NCBI GenBank assembly: GCA_035490615.1
Contig: DATJLH010000228.1
Span: 1,025-65,024 of the forward strand
DNA length: 64,000 nucleotides
Reading direction: 5' to 3'
Origin: Cellvibrio sp.
GTDB lineage: Bacteria > Pseudomonadota > Gammaproteobacteria > Pseudomonadales > Cellvibrionaceae
How positions within the stretch are numbered: the first letter of the stretch is position 1; every line of letters begins with the position of its first letter. A model generated the notes under the pieces. That model saw only the letters and a list, made by a program, of their open reading frames with translations, made no database searches and was not told the origin of the DNA. Made by a program: the position numbers and the translations under genes. Below, piece by piece: positions 64,000-64,000 of this stretch.

Positions 64000-64000
64000 T

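Overview
Gene-dense (~52% GC by eye) chromosomal window of a gammaproteobacterium; the gene set and protein sequences resemble Cellvibrionaceae/Pseudomonadales (inference, not a database result). It is almost all core or housekeeping DNA: RNA modification (truC, rsuA, rsmC-like, two RluA-family genes, miaE), tRNA-Asn, deaD, rapA, mdh, acnB, maeA, fadBA, lexA-sulA, ffh, cysS/glnS, fab genes, tmk/holB/pilZ/tatD, ppiB/lpxH. I see no integrase, transposase, prophage, CRISPR array or recognisable defence island, so I cannot claim a clear-cut new system. Best leads: (1) the normally contiguous mltG-tmk-holB operon is split twice, and the ~32 kb block between mltG and tmk has ends (glnS and ppiB) that are normally each other's divergent neighbours, as if a circle had integrated; (2) an rluA + TraF_2-like beta-barrel cassette with a perfect CRP-type box sits between tmk and holB; (3) a tandem wHTH-repeat/degenerate nuclease-like protein is coupled to a HIT hydrolase; (4) deaD has a ~450 nt highly structured leader with a CsrA-type GGA hairpin; (5) a GTAG-type REP family shows covariation. 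A yybP-ykoY Mn riboswitch and twin SOS boxes are also clearly visible.
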